Below are positions 1-12,783 of a stretch of DNA of 64,000 bases, piece after piece. The stretch lies in contig JAUCBJ010003381.1 in NCBI GenBank assembly GCA_032718475.1, positions 55,453-119,452 on the forward strand, given 5' to 3'. The DNA comes from Nemertoderma westbladi (lineage: Eukaryota > Animalia > Xenacoelomorpha). A model generated the notes under the pieces. It was not told the origin of the DNA. It ran no database searches and worked only from the letters and a program-made list of their open reading frames with translations. How positions within the stretch are numbered: position 1 is the first letter of the stretch; each line of letters begins with the position of its first letter. A program made the translations under genes and the position numbers.

Positions 1-2563
1 TAAAAGAGCACCAAAAGTCACTTTTTTCAAACGTGGTAAATTGGCCATACAGTTTAGTTTGGCTACTGAGGTTTTAGAAGGTGCTGATTTCATTGGGAAG
101 GTTTATTCCTCTACATCAAACATATCGAAGAGTTGTGTAATATAACAACATAGCCAGACATATTGTTTTATTAGTTATTAGTCAGTTATTTGTCCCTGGA
201 ACACGAAGAAAACAAGTAGTGGAAATATGATAATGAACAATCACCACGAAAACAAATTGATTTTATGACCATGTGGTTTTTTTGGGATGCTGATCACGAA
301 TATTACATTTGAAAATAACGCACCTTGTTGATTACGGCTTTTTTGGATACGTGTCAATGTGCGGCACAAAAAATACAAATAGCACAAATTTCATAATGAA
401 AAATCATTACCAAATCAACCTGATTTTATAACATTTTGAGTTTTTTGGGATGCTGATCACGAAAATGACACTCATAAATATCGTATTATCCATCCAACCA
501 AATTTGACTTTTTCCCTTTGAAATTTTAAGCTACTTGCATTTTTCGTCCCACCAGACAAATACACAACGAAAAACGATAGTTGCGTTACCACGAATTATT
601 TTTAACGAATTGTATCGTGATTAGCGACCTTGAAAACCAGTATAGTTTCAGAATTACCAAACCAAAGGCAAAATTTAACAGTTTCAAATTTTTGCTACTT
701 GTACTTTTCGTTTTGGAGCACCAAATTGGCACCTAAATTGGGTTTGCACATACAAGAAATATTTTTAACTACTTTCATCGCGATCATTTACCTCGAAAAC
801 CCGTATTCGTTTAGAATTATCAAACCAAACACAAAATGTTTAGTTTGACAATTTTTTACTTGTACTTTTCATCCTGGGGGGCCAAAATCAGAAAATAGCA
901 CCAAAAATGATTGATGCATTGCCAGAAAATGTAAATTTTCCAGAAAGCCCACGGTCCAATTAATTACTGTAGTAATATAGCCCGTATACTACTACTACTA
1001 CTAGGATCGGCATGCTGCATTGCAGCTGCATTTTTAAGAATGCTGTGCCGGCTTGTCAACAAAATTGCACCGCCACAACTCCCTATCTATCACCCATGAC
1101 ATTTGCTAGATCATCCGCATCTTCAAGGCCAGTGTCCTTTAAGATGCATCTCAAGAACGTCATGGGCTGTCCACCATGCTTATTCACTCCATGAGGCTGC
1201 CAAAGGACAAGATTATGCATTGGCTGGTCCTCACGGCGAAAGCAATGTCCTGCAAAGCGGAGGCGATTTTGTTCTAGTATCAATTTCATTTTTGTTCCCG
1301 TATAGCCCGGGCCAGATAGCAGATAGTGTTAAACGTACCGGTAACCCAGGATAAATATTCCCGACTGAATACGAATCTCTTAATTCCGCATCAAACACAT
1401 AGTAGAGTAGAGTTAAATAAAGTATCAAATCATGAATAGAAACGACACTATATTCCAGGATAGTTAATAATAATTCCCCTAAATAATATCACTTCTTCAT
1501 TATATTGAAGTCGTAATATTAATTTATCTCAGCATATCTATTATGTATCAATAACCTTTGTCTATTAAATCCAAGATAGTAATAACGAACACTGTTAAGG
1601 TGTCCACGCATATTGTCTTAAGTGAGATCCTCAGAAAGGGCCGATATGTTTTCGGGGATTCAGATTGCCCCATAGGAGTCCCGCTGGTTTAGGCAGGAGA
1701 ATAAACCTAGCATGATGATTCTTAAAGAATAACCGGACCCTCCAACCCCAAGTCGAGCAGTAGCTTCATCTCTACAACAGATAAAGAACCAATTTTTATC
1801 TCCTTCATGAATTTCGATAGGCGATGGACGGTATATGATGTATCCGATGGACGGATTTTACTGGCCTTCTCAGAGGAATTTGAGGCATTTATAGCACAAT
1901 GAAGTCGGAATAGACTCCGGCACTCCGGGTTTACTTAATATATCACCCGTCGAAATGTACAAATGTTAGTGGTACGCCCTGGTGTCATCTGATCTATAAA
2001 AATAGCCCCGACTAGTCGAACTAAGTGCCACTCTGTAGACCGAGCGAGCGAGCGTCATCTATACACACAGCACTTTCCAACTATAACTGCTCCGGCCTCC
2101 CCTCCATACAGATTCAGATACTATGTCCAGATTAGATTAGGCCCCAGTGCCGTGGCTGCCAGCGCCCGTGTAGAGAGAGGTGATAATAAATAGTCAAATA
2201 AATACAGGTCATCAGGTAATGTAATAATGCTAAGGCATTGATGCCTAACACAGTAACAGCATAATGCAGTCAGCACTATCATCAGTAATGTAATGCCTAA
2301 CGCAGTAGTACAGTGCAATGCAAATACCACAATATACTGAATAATTCACTACATTACCGCACCAGTACCAGAAATAGAAGTGCACTAGTTGGCACTTAGA
2401 ATTTTCGACTGAAACATTGGCCATTTTTGAAAATACCACAATTTTATAAACCTTGCCAATGGAATCAGCACATTATAAAACCCCAGTAGCCAAACTATAC
2501 GGCCAAATTACCACTTTTGGCTATTTGAAAATTTCGAGTTACTTGTAATTTTGGTGCTCTTTT
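1..2563. repeat. Diverged inverted pair (1-105 and 2445-2563) of a non-autonomous DNA-element sequence
   Basis: 1-105 (TAAAAGAGCACCAAAA...TTTGGCTACTG...GTGCTGATT) is the gapped reverse complement of 2445-2563. Related GATGCTGATCACGAA motifs occur at ~286-300 and ~449-463. Confidence 0.55.
987..1289 (-). mobile_element. 3' fragment of an RTE-clade non-LTR retrotransposon (ORF2 C-terminus plus (TAG)n tail)
   Basis: Translation RLRFAGHCFRREDQPMHNLVLWQP...GGQPMTF...L...MGDR resembles RTE ORF2 C-termini. (TAC)5 at 987-1001 forms a short tandem-repeat 3' tail on the minus strand. Confidence 0.7.
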
Positions 2564-3227
2564 AGTGTCTATTATAAAATAAACAATGAAGATTTTATTG
2601 TGTTATCAAGGTGTAGGGCCTACGTACTGACGTACACCTTATGTGTTATGCATTGTATTGTGCATTCTGTCCAATTGTTCGTTGACAAGCAACCACATAC
2701 AGTCATAATAAACTCGAATAAATAAACAACCTGTTAGGCCTACCAAATGCAGTACAGCAGTAGTAGCCTCTCCTCTACTACCACTACCACACATCAACAG
2801 ATGGGCTTGAGTTGGTATTAGTTTTTTTATTTACAGTTTGTTGGTAGTAGGCCTACTGTAGTACATAGTCGATGTTGAAGCGCAGGCGATCACTGAAGGC
2901 ACTTTTGGCGCTACTTTAATGTGAGATTCACTTACAATCTGCCTTTCGCTCTGGCGAAACACACTCGGAATACCCATACCCAATGCTGAACTTTTCAACT
3001 GTTTCGAGACATCTGATTACGATTCTTCTACGACCTGCCGTTCCCTGAATAAGACTTCGCTATCAAAAAAAATGTGGTCTTGGCGTCTTAGAATCGAAGT
3101 TGGTAAAGGAAACATCAGCTCCGGTGAGAAGAACAACTGAAGTAAACAACTGACTGACTGAGTTCCTCCGCTGTTAGAGAGCGCTATATCGCGCACAGCA
3201 AATTGTAAGAGTTCGAGAAACTGGAAG

Positions 3228-3284
3228 AGTTCGCGAGAAATCGTAGATAAATTGTAACAATTTATCTACGATTTCTCGCGAACT
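3228..3284. repeat. Perfect 57-bp palindrome (28-bp arms, 1-nt spacer)
   Basis: AGTTCGCGAGAAATCGTAGATAAATTGT-A-ACAATTTATCTACGATTTCTCGCGAACT. Confidence 0.95.
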
Positions 3285-5004
3285 ACAGAGCAGTTCTGTA
3301 GTTCAACAGCGTGGTGGCCCACTCCCTCCCGATAATTTCTTCATATTTTTAATAATAATTTTAAACTAAAGATAATTTCTTCGATTGAGTGTTTGGAATA
3401 AACGTATACGCACGTATACTGAGCGGCCCGGAGGCTGACCTCTCAGCATATGGATTCTGTCGCCGCCGCCGTAACGAACATGCATCACACAGACTCCACG
3501 AAACAGATGGGATTGGAGGATAAAAACCAATAATGACTTACATCAACCAAACAAACTGCCGTCTAATGTAATACACAGTCGCCTAAGCAGACAACTCACA
3601 ATCACATCCTGATCCGCAACCTGGGAAATTGTTATATATTGTCGGTACTGCTACCTTTGTATTTTGAATCTACATATGCAAAATTTAATAATATTAATCG
3701 TTAAGTAGGTTGATAAGTAATTTTTAGCTTTGATTCTCCCATATATTAAACTTATAAATCCACTTCAAATATATTTTAAAATAAAGGGGAAGTTATCTTT
3801 TCGATAGTTTTTGAAATTTAAATATTTTAATTATTTTACTATTGAAATACATTGGAAAATTAACAAGACTTAATATTCATACACCTTAATAACCGTTATA
3901 ATAGATGGGGTTGATTTAAAATTATCAGGATGTTATTTTTGTGAAATTTTTCGTGAAAATAATATGGCTTGTAAGAGTAGCTGACATGTATGTTACATTT
4001 TGTGTTTCAATATATTTATAATTTATATATATGTTTAAAATACAAACCGTCGCAAAATGCTACCTTGTTGTTTTATTTAGCGTTATTGACTAATACTTAT
4101 TTGGGAAAGCGATCCAGCAACAATACTATACATTGGCTTATATTAGAAGCGAAATACAAATATATTTTTTTTACGATAACTGTTTTAAGTAACACGAATT
4201 AATTACAATTACTCTATCTGTTTCGAAACAGGTCAGATAAGTAGGGGGGGGGGGGGGGGGGGGGGATAAACACCCTCTGGTTAAAATATTAGTTTGTTTT
4301 TCTTATCTTTTCTGGTGTATAATTTGATTAGTATTTACGGTTTTCACTTTCAGGCATGTCGACCCTTAGCGACAGGCTGGTGAACTGCCGAATAATATAC
4401 GTCCTCCCAAACACGCAACCGCCTGTGGTGTAATCTATATATGCCATGCATCAGCTCGAAAAGATTAAAAACAACAAAAACGCAGGACTTTTTCACCTTC
4501 AGACATTCCACCTACTACCGGTAGACTAGAGAACTTCAGCTTCCTCCCAAACACGAATCCAATCTTGTAGTAGATATTTCCCCAGTATCAGCTCAAAAAC
4601 AATAAAATTGGTGATGGGAATGGTTTCACTCTCAGAGATTACACACCCAAGCAGCAGATTGAAGAACTGTAGGCTGGTCGGCGTCCTCTCACTCAAACAG
4701 GCAGCGTAAGATCTCTGTGGTACATACATGCATACATACATACCTGCAAAGTTTCAGTTAGAACAGCCTTAGTCTTAGTCTAATGGTGAAACTGCAGTTA
4801 CAAAGTCGCCTGAGTCCTGATTGCTGACCAGTAATATATTTTGGCCTAAAACGATGCAAAATAATCCACTTTGACCACATTCGATTCACGCAAACAAATA
4901 CTTAAAATATGACGAGATGGTGACGTTGCTCAAGTTAGCTTTCTATTATTGTATCGCGAGACAGACAGACTGAGATTTATAAGACTTAAAGTCAGAGATT
5001 TATA

Positions 5005-5278
5005 TTGGACGGATCCATCATGGATGTTGGACGGATCCATTATGGATGTTGGACGGATCCATCATGGATGTTGGACGGATCCGTCATGGATGTTGGACGA
5101 ATCCATCATGGATGTTGGACGGATCCATCATGGATATTGGACGGATCCGTCATGGATGTTGGACGGATCCATCATGGATGTTGGACGGATCCATCATGGA
5201 TGTTGGACGGATCCGTCATGGATGTTGGATGGATCCGTCATGGATGTTGGACGGATCCATCATGGATGTTGGATGGAT
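5005..5278. repeat. 22-bp minisatellite, ~12.5 copies, with a self-complementary unit
   Basis: Unit GGACGGATCCATCATGGATGTT, with variants containing GACGGATCCGTC. The three overlapping ORFs at 4949-5311 are repeat translations. Confidence 0.95.
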
Positions 5279-6064
5279 ATATTTCGAATAATTTTAGATA
5301 GATTTCGATAGATACTGTAGATTTCGTAATTTACGTCATTATCAATGCATACTACACATATAAGTTATATCGAAATACGAAAATAAGTGGCCTAATTTGT
5401 AATGATTGGAAATTGCAGAATAAAACTAGCACAAAATCGCACAGACTAAATACTGAAATAGCACGGCGGTACTCTACTACTATAATTAATAACAGTAGCC
5501 TTCTACGTCCTACATCGAGAAGCTAGGGACCCCCAATTATTCTACTACATTATATATTTCTCAATAGCAGTCTTACATATGTTTCCTTACATTTTCAGAT
5601 ATCACTAAATTCCATATTTGCTACTAATGGGCTACAGTATTATTTAATATAATTAAGGATAACAAAATGTAGCATTTTATAGCGGTTTGCATATTCGCTA
5701 TATGTACAAATTCTATATATAGAAATAATCTGTGTTTTTAAAGATATCTCGAAATGCTACCATCACCACTCCCAAAGTTTAATATATATAAGTAGCATAG
5801 CCGTCAAATGTTCCCATTAACTGAAGGGTTTTTGTATATTCAGTTTCAGAATACAAAAATTATATGTATATTGACCATAGCAGCCGAACCATGATGATTT
5901 GCAAAAAGCAATTTGTTTCTAATGTTAAACATTTTGATTCATTTAATAATAAAATAGTTAAATAAAATGTATTTGGTAATAAAATTAAAATATAAGAAAT
6001 GTTAATATAAAACCATATATATGTCTTTGAAATATATATTAGTGACGGTTCTGCTACATTTTGT

Positions 6065-7584
6065 GTATATATATATATATATATGTATAACGAACCTTTT
6101 ACGCCCAAAGAATATGTAAAACGGTTTACGTATGCAGTGGCGATTTCGCTCCCAAATATATATTGACGTTCTGTACACATTCGAAGATAGTTTGTAAAGC
6201 GCATGAAAATAATTAGTGTATACAGTAGCGTTTTCGTCAAGAAAAAATTCGTCAAAACTTACGATCTTTTAAAAAAACACAGTATGTTAGTTTTATACAG
6301 TATAATTACTAAAAATTGTTAAGTGTAGGTAAACTTTACTGACTTTCAAGTACTGTACAAGTAGAGTAGTTGTATTGAGTAGGATATCAGCCTACTGTAT
6401 ATACAGTAGTGCAAAACTACTGTAGGCCTACTATACATTCCGATTATTCTGTGTTTCTGTTTATTTATTATTTAATTATTAATTCACAACCAAGTTTGAT
6501 ATATTTTGTTTTATTAAAACCCTATATCACTATATAACCTGACAATTTCAAATGGGAAGGGGGGGGGGGATATACGCAAGAAATATTTAACCAACTTCAA
6601 GGGAAAATCGATGCGCAAATACCACCAACCAGCAAGAATGAAATGGGAACTTACGATATAAACTCTCATGTCACTCAGTTTCCCCTTTCTTCACACATTT
6701 ATTCTCCTTGTAAGCTTAATCCATGCTTTGTTAGCGTTAGGTAAACATGTGAACATTGAACATACAATTTCATTTCAGACGTTAATAAAATTACGTTTTG
6801 ACGACCAACAAGTTACATTACATACTGTAGTAGGCCTATGTAAAAAATGAACAATGATACGTAAAGTCAATCGCCAGAGACTACTTGACTTTACCTGACA
6901 TACTTGACTTGACATTGCATTGACTTGAAATATACCCCATTTGGCTTTGTCATCCTTCAGTTGATATACTTCAATTCTCATACTTGATTTGACATACACA
7001 TACTTGACTTGAAATTCATCTTCTGCCAAGAGAAGTCAAATATGTTAAGTTAAGTACGTCAACTTTAAGTCAAGTAAAGTGATCACTTAAACATAAACAG
7101 GCTATGATTTCTACATTATTTATGCATACATTTTGTCATTGTCACCACTATATTTCGTCAATTTAAGTCGATGAAATGCCAAAGGTAGGAAAAAATAAAC
7201 ATTTAAAGTCACAAATACGCCACAAATAATCCAAGTCGACATTTTATATATAGGAATATATAATGTAACAAATTCTCCAATCGGTGTTGATAAAACGCCT
7301 TTCGTATAAAAAATAAATCTAAAGGGTTACAAATACGTCACATACAAAGCTTGTCTTCACATCGCGGAAAGTTTTGCTATCAGTCGCATTTTTTCTAAGC
7401 CCTGACATATTTGGCATTAAGCCTATTTATATTAGCCTACTGTACCAGACTGAAAATGATATTTTTTAGATTGTTGGCTGGTCATATTTACTTAACATAC
7501 TGTACTTTATTTGACATACAGTATTTGACTTAGCATACTCTACTTGACATAATTGACTTGACATACTTGACTTGACAAAGTTGA
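6065..7584 (+). repeat. Segment A, directly duplicated at ~22397-23999
   Basis: Near-identical sequence starting (TA)n-TGTATAACGAACCTTTTACGCCC in both places. Paired ORFs 6668/23003 and 6775/23171. Confidence 0.9.
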
Positions 7585-8880
7585 CTTCACTTGATATACT
7601 TGGCTTGACATACTAAACTTGACTTGACATATTTGAATTGACCTGACTTGAAATTCTTCAGTAAAGACAAGTCAAATAGGTAAATTCAAGTCAAGTATTC
7701 CAAGTTAAGTAAAGTAGGCCTTAACGTCAACTTATGTCAAGTTTAGTGATTACTATAACAGGCTTATGGATGACTACTACATTCTGTAAGTTTAAATTTT
7801 TTTAATGTCACCACTTAATCGCATAATGGAACTATTTCGTCAATTGAAGTCGATAAAACTCCAAAATGTAGAAAAAAATTAATATTTAAAGTCACAAAAA
7901 CACTACAAATAATATAATTGGACATTTTATATTGTAGAAATGTATAATGTAGCAAATTCTACAATCGGTGTCGATGAAACGCCATTTGAATAAAACAATA
8001 AATCTAAAGGGTTACAAATACGTCAAAAATAAAGCCAAGTCGCAGAGGAAAGAATAAAACTAGAGATTTTAACTGAACATTATTTAGAAAAAATATCTTG
8101 GGCTGAAAAACTAATGGAATAACTGGCATTTTAAACTGAAACTTGTCCTCACATATCGGAAAAAGTTGCTTTCAGTCGTACAATTTCTAAGCCCTGACAT
8201 TGTGCGTGCATTAGGCCTTTTTATATTACTGCACCAGACTGAAAATGATAATTTTTTAGATTCTACTTTATAAAAAGAACACCGATTACCTGACATACTT
8301 GACATTGCATACTTGAGATGGCTTGACATACTTAAATTGAGATATGCCCCACTTCACTTGTCATACTTGATTTTATATAGGCTTGCTTGTCTTAACATAC
8401 TGTATTTACTTGACATACAGTACTTGATTTGACATATTTGACTAACATACTTTACATGGCATACTTGAATTAACTTGGCTTGACATACGTGACTTCCACT
8501 TGAAAGGCCTTGCTTTAATTTACATACTAGATATACTTGACTTGACATACTGCACTTGACTTGACATAATTGACTTCATATACTTGAATTAACCTGACTT
8601 GACATACTTGATTTAACATGGCTATATTACATCGTTTGACATACTATTCTTGATATAAGAAATTGTCTCCCAGACATTATCTCAACTCAATTATTCTTGA
8701 TATACTCATTCATTATACTATATACTTGTCTTGACATATTTGACTAACATACTTTACTTGACATTCTTGACTTGACTTGACTTGGCCTTTACATAACTGA
8801 CTTGAGATACTTGACTTCACTTGATAAACCGTGCTTGACTTGACATACTCGACTTTACTTGAAGCACTTGACTGATACAC
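6880..8880. repeat. Degenerate CTTGA/CTTGACATA-based low-complexity satellite interspersed with a repeated AT-rich module
   Basis: Dense ACTTGAC/CTTGACATA words. The reverse form GTCAAGT dominates 19450-19900 and 25040-25480. Confidence 0.75.
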
Positions 8881-9629
8881 TTGATTCCATTATTTATGCA
8901 TACATTTTTTCATTGTCACAACTTAATCGCATTATGAAACAATTTCATCAATTGAAGTCTATAAAACGCCAAAGGTAGAAAAAAATAATAATCTGCACTA
9001 GGCCTACTGAAGGCCATTTTCGTTGAGGCGTTTTTTTCGCGCTTTTAGCCGCGTTTTCTGACACGCTTCCATGATACCTTTCCTTTGGAACCCAGAATTC
9101 ACTATAATTACGAAGAATAACGGCGCAACTGGTGCAATATAATATCGACACTAAAAGAAAGACACTATATTCAGTAATGGTGTAGGAATGTTAAGGTTCT
9201 AATTTCTAATTTATTTTGATATACTTGACTTGACATGCTAGACTTGACACCAGCACTACCACCCCCCATCATAATACCGTCCCAGGCCTAGAATCCGAAT
9301 ATTTACCAACTCGCAGGGTTGGCAAATCAGCGTACTTAATGACGTCGCTACATTGTGCTACATAAACCGTTCTAGAATGCCATTGGCTGGACTCCAAAAA
9401 AATCGACTATTATATTATGAAATTGGTTATCCTGAAGATGACTTAGATGATTGACAATTATCGGGCTTTTTGTAATAGCTGATGGTTCCTGTGGGAGCAT
9501 TATTGGCACATCTTAGTTAAATCAACCTGCAATTGATGAGGTAGGTTACAGGCAACTTCCAAGAGAAAGAAGATAGACTCTTTAGGTTGCCTCCCGCGTT
9601 TCACTCTGACATAGCCATATCAAGGCATA

Positions 9630-9664
<35 letters not shown>

Positions 9665-11089
9665 TATACCCTGGAATTATGTTTCTATGTAAAAATTATT
9701 TATGAATTATGTGAATTATGTAAAAACGATAAGAAGAAGCAACTGTCTATAACTAATGACTTTAATGACTAATAACTGATTGACCAAAAACAATTCGAAT
9801 ATTCAAAAACGAGAACTGAGAATACAATAACTGCCGAATATGATAAAAGTTTAATTATTAATTAAAAAAATTATTTATAAATTGTATCATAACAAATGAT
9901 TGACTAAACAGTAACCAATACGAGAACTGCCGAATACGATAAAAGTTTAATTATTATTTAAAAAATTATTTATAAATCATATCAGAACAAATGATTGACT
10001 AAACAGTAACCAAAACAAGTAGAAAATCTGAATACAAGCTAAGGTTACAATTATATAAGCTAATAAAGGCTTAAACACGGACAAAATATGTATGTAGCAC
10101 ATTTAAAGCTCAAAGTTTAAATGAAATTAAAAAACTCAGAAACGGATACATACAAACACAATATTGTTAATATGTGCGGACGGTGGTCAGGGCCCATTTA
10201 AACAGTACAATATAATCCTAAACTGAAAAAAATCCCTAAGATAATATAAATTTCCATTGTGTCCATGTCCTATCATATAACGGAATAGTAATATTAATCT
10301 AGTTTTTCATTTAATTGCAATTAACCAAAACATATTATTACAGTATATGATTGTAAGCATTAAATGCCACACTACACTTAGTTACATCTCATTTTCTTCG
10401 GGAATTGATTTCGAAATCATTCGTTTGATTCTACTGTATGCAATATTTGCCTCTTGTGGTCGAATGATGGTATCGTAAGTGTGGCGCTGCGTATTGAGGG
10501 AATGGCTCATTAATTTAGCAACTCTGTTTTGGTCCGCTTCCGTGCCGGGGAATTCTTGATTGAAGCAACTAACACTATGTCTAACGGAGGTCGTCCCTGC
10601 TTTAGCAACTGATTGCGGGAAGATGACCTTCCAAATACGTTGTAGTATTTGGGTAATACTATGATAGGGTCGGCCACTTGGGCTAACAAACACACGGTTG
10701 CAGGCATTCGACAAATCGCTGGTGTACTGCCCGCGACCAAACGTTATCCATTGATTAATCAATTGTAAAGTTGTCCCAGATACAATAAATACTTGGCTTC
10801 CATAGGTTTTTGCTGTTTTGTGGTTTTCGACCGAAATAGCGAAATTGTCATTTACCTTTTTACATCCAGTGACGTCTGATATAAGCATGTTTATGATGGG
10901 CGATGAGCGAGAAGCATTCTGATATGTTACCATAGACATAATAAACCCCTGCATCTGCCACAGTGGAGTTTTCCCGGTATAGCTCTCCTGACATAGCGAC
11001 AGAATGGATGAACGAATAATCAAAGACTTGGGTGCAGTGCCAAAATCGTGGAGCTCATTGGCCTTTGGCATATTATCTCCGGCGTTTTG
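8876..11089 (-). repeat. Left arm of a ~2.1-2.2-kb inverted repeat (partner 16972-19065)
   Basis: Reverse-complement identity runs from CAAAACGCCGGAGAT (11089/16972) to ATGGAATCAAGTGTA (8876/19065), with a few SNPs and indels. Confidence 0.92.
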
Positions 11090-12694
11090 GCGTACCATCC
11101 ATAGATGCTGCTTGAAGTCCTTCTTCTGATGACGAATCAAGGTAGAAACCGCTGTTCTCGCTGCTATTATTTCACTTACTTGAATAGCCTCCTTGGCGTA
11201 ACGTGAGAATATTGCAAAATCCATAAACGCCAGTATCCGATGTAAGTAAACCTGTAATGATGTTACCTCTCGCACTTTGTTACCACGCACTTTCTCCTTC
11301 TTAACAACGTCGAAAGAATTAACGATATTGTCAGTATCGAACATATCCGGAATAGTTAGTTCCTTCTTCACTATTGATTGCATGACTTCATAGAATTTTG
11401 TACAATAGGAAATAGTCAATGCTTGCATTCCCGGATCTGTTATTGGTGAGGCCCCACTTTCTAAGAAGGACACAAACTGGGGTATTAAGGGAAGCTTACA
11501 GACGGACTTGTTCTCGATAACAGGTATTTTAAAACGGGTTGGATCCTTTAACAACTTTATCATTTCTGGGTTCTTAATAGGGGAGTCATCAGTGTTGTCT
11601 GTTTCTAAGTATCTCTTTACATTATGGTACCGTGCAATGTGATCAGCTAACCGGCTGACGTAAGACAAACATCCAGGTACAGGGCATTTACGAGGTTTGC
11701 GTTTTTGATTACGCGCTTCAGCAACTAAGTATTTAAGTTGAGTTTCATCTGTGATGGAATGGCGAACACGTATATGTCGTCTAAGATTAAGAAAAGACAT
11801 TATCTTTGGAAGACAGAATCTACAACTTTGTCTTACTCTACCAACTGATGTTTTGTTCTTTGGTTTTGGTTTGGCATTAACTTTAGGTTGGATAGCATCA
11901 GCAGCTGTTGGAGATGTAGAAGAGTGAGTATCAATCAACAAATCAGAAAACAAACTCCTGCGTACAGATTTCGCAACTATATCGGTATTGTGAGGTCCGC
12001 CTATAGGTGCATCATAAAGAATATACTCCTCCAAGCCTTCAAACTGTTCTATATCTATTTGAAATGGAGAGCAGGACTCTGGCAGGGAAATACCATCACC
12101 AATAAGAAGTTCCGGAGGGAGGTCGATACCAATGCCAATAAGAGGTTCTTCAGGTGGAAGAGCAATTTCATCTCCAAGAAGCGGTTTGCGTGGAAGAGTA
12201 GTAATACCATCGCCATGAAGAGGTTTGGGCGGAAGATCAATACCATCGGCATGAAGAGGTTTGGGCGGAAGATCAATACTATCGCCATGAAGAGGTTTGG
12301 GCGGAAGAACAATACCATCGCCATGAAGAGGTTTGTGCGGAAGATCAATACTATCGCCATGAAGAGGTTTAGGCGGAAGATCAATACTATCGCCATGAAG
12401 AGGTTTGGGCGGAAGATCAATACCATCGCCATGAAGAGGTTTGGGTAGAAGGTTAAAGACAGAATTAGGAACACGTTTATCATGAATCCTCTTCTTGGAT
12501 TTAGGCGCAGATGGAGTAGTTTCACTATGCACAATCAAAACATTCCAAAGCTTTCGACGGTATTTAACTTTACAAACACTCCCGATCTTTGTTGGGTCTC
12601 CTACTATTTTTGACTTAGGCCACGGTTGATCAGGACAGTTCTTTACTTTATCAGTGGGTTTAGAAGAGTTTAACCAGCGAATTATGACAGGCAT
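10382..12694 (-). CDS. Tyrosine-recombinase (Crypton-like) protein with N-terminal Pro-rich repeats and two C2H2 zinc fingers
   Basis: The frame is open from TTG 12742, with the first ATG at 12694. C2H2 fingers: CRFC...HIRVRH and CPVPGC...HIARYH. YR-like catalytic series: NASR (R), HKT (K), TTSVR (R), MSHS (H), RHTY (Y). Confidence 0.8.
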   Translation of the reverse strand: MPVIIRWLNSSKPTDKVKNCPDQPWPKSKIVGDPTKIGSVCKVKYRRKLWNVLIVHSETTPSAPKSKKRIHDKRVPNSVFNLLPKPLHGDGIDLPPKPLHGDSIDLPPKPLHGDSIDLPHKPLHGDGIVLPPKPLHGDSIDLPPKPLHADGIDLPPKPLHGDGITTLPRKPLLGDEIALPPEEPLIGIGIDLPPELLIGDGISLPESCSPFQIDIEQFEGLEEYILYDAPIGGPHNTDIVAKSVRRSLFSDLLIDTHSSTSPTAADAIQPKVNAKPKPKNKTSVGRVRQSCRFCLPKIMSFLNLRRHIRVRHSITDETQLKYLVAEARNQKRKPRKCPVPGCLSYVSRLADHIARYHNVKRYLETDNTDDSPIKNPEMIKLLKDPTRFKIPVIENKSVCKLPLIPQFVSFLESGASPITDPGMQALTISYCTKFYEVMQSIVKKELTIPDMFDTDNIVNSFDVVKKEKVRGNKVREVTSLQVYLHRILAFMDFAIFSRYAKEAIQVSEIIAARTAVSTLIRHQKKDFKQHLWMVRQNAGDNMPKANELHDFGTAPKSLIIRSSILSLCQESYTGKTPLWQMQGFIMSMVTYQNASRSSPIINMLISDVTGCKKVNDNFAISVENHKTAKTYGSQVFIVSGTTLQLINQWITFGRGQYTSDLSNACNRVFVSPSGRPYHSITQILQRIWKVIFPQSVAKAGTTSVRHSVSCFNQEFPGTEADQNRVAKLMSHSLNTQRHTYDTIIRPQEANIAYSRIKRMISKSIPEENEM
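12200..12452 (-). repeat. Coding 36-bp tandem repeat (~7 copies, LPPKPLHGDGID), degenerating toward ~12090
   Basis: Unit AATACCATCGCCATGAAGAGGTTTGGGCGGAAGATC on the plus strand, in frame within the YR ORF. Confidence 0.95.
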
Positions 12695-12783
12695 GATGAA
12701 AAGGTTGAGTGATTCAGGGTAATATTCAATAGGCCTATACAAAATATTTAAGTTATTACAGAAGTACCGGGGGTACAGGTAGG

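Noticed and set aside
2860-3200. GC-richer stretch as a host exon
   Set aside because: No sustained open frame or recognisable motif found by eye.
5005-5278. CRISPR-like array, or a Trp/His-repeat protein (ORFs 4949-5311)
   Set aside because: Units are contiguous with no unique spacers and there are no cas genes. The ORFs are simply stop-free translations of a 22-bp repeat in three frames.
5860-9151. Short ORFs in the CTTGA/GTCAAG satellite and AT-rich repeats (also 19456-26125)
   Set aside because: Low-complexity translations, mostly with non-ATG starts and no domain signal.
11888-12534. Overlapping ORFs 11888-12448 (+) and 12055-12534 (-)
   Set aside because: Alternative-frame read-through of the 36-bp coding repeat of the YR gene.
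10382-12742. DIRS/Ngaro retroelement assignment for the YR
   Set aside because: No adjacent DIRS-type RT/RNase H or gag. The RTs in the window are LINE- or BEL-type and far away.
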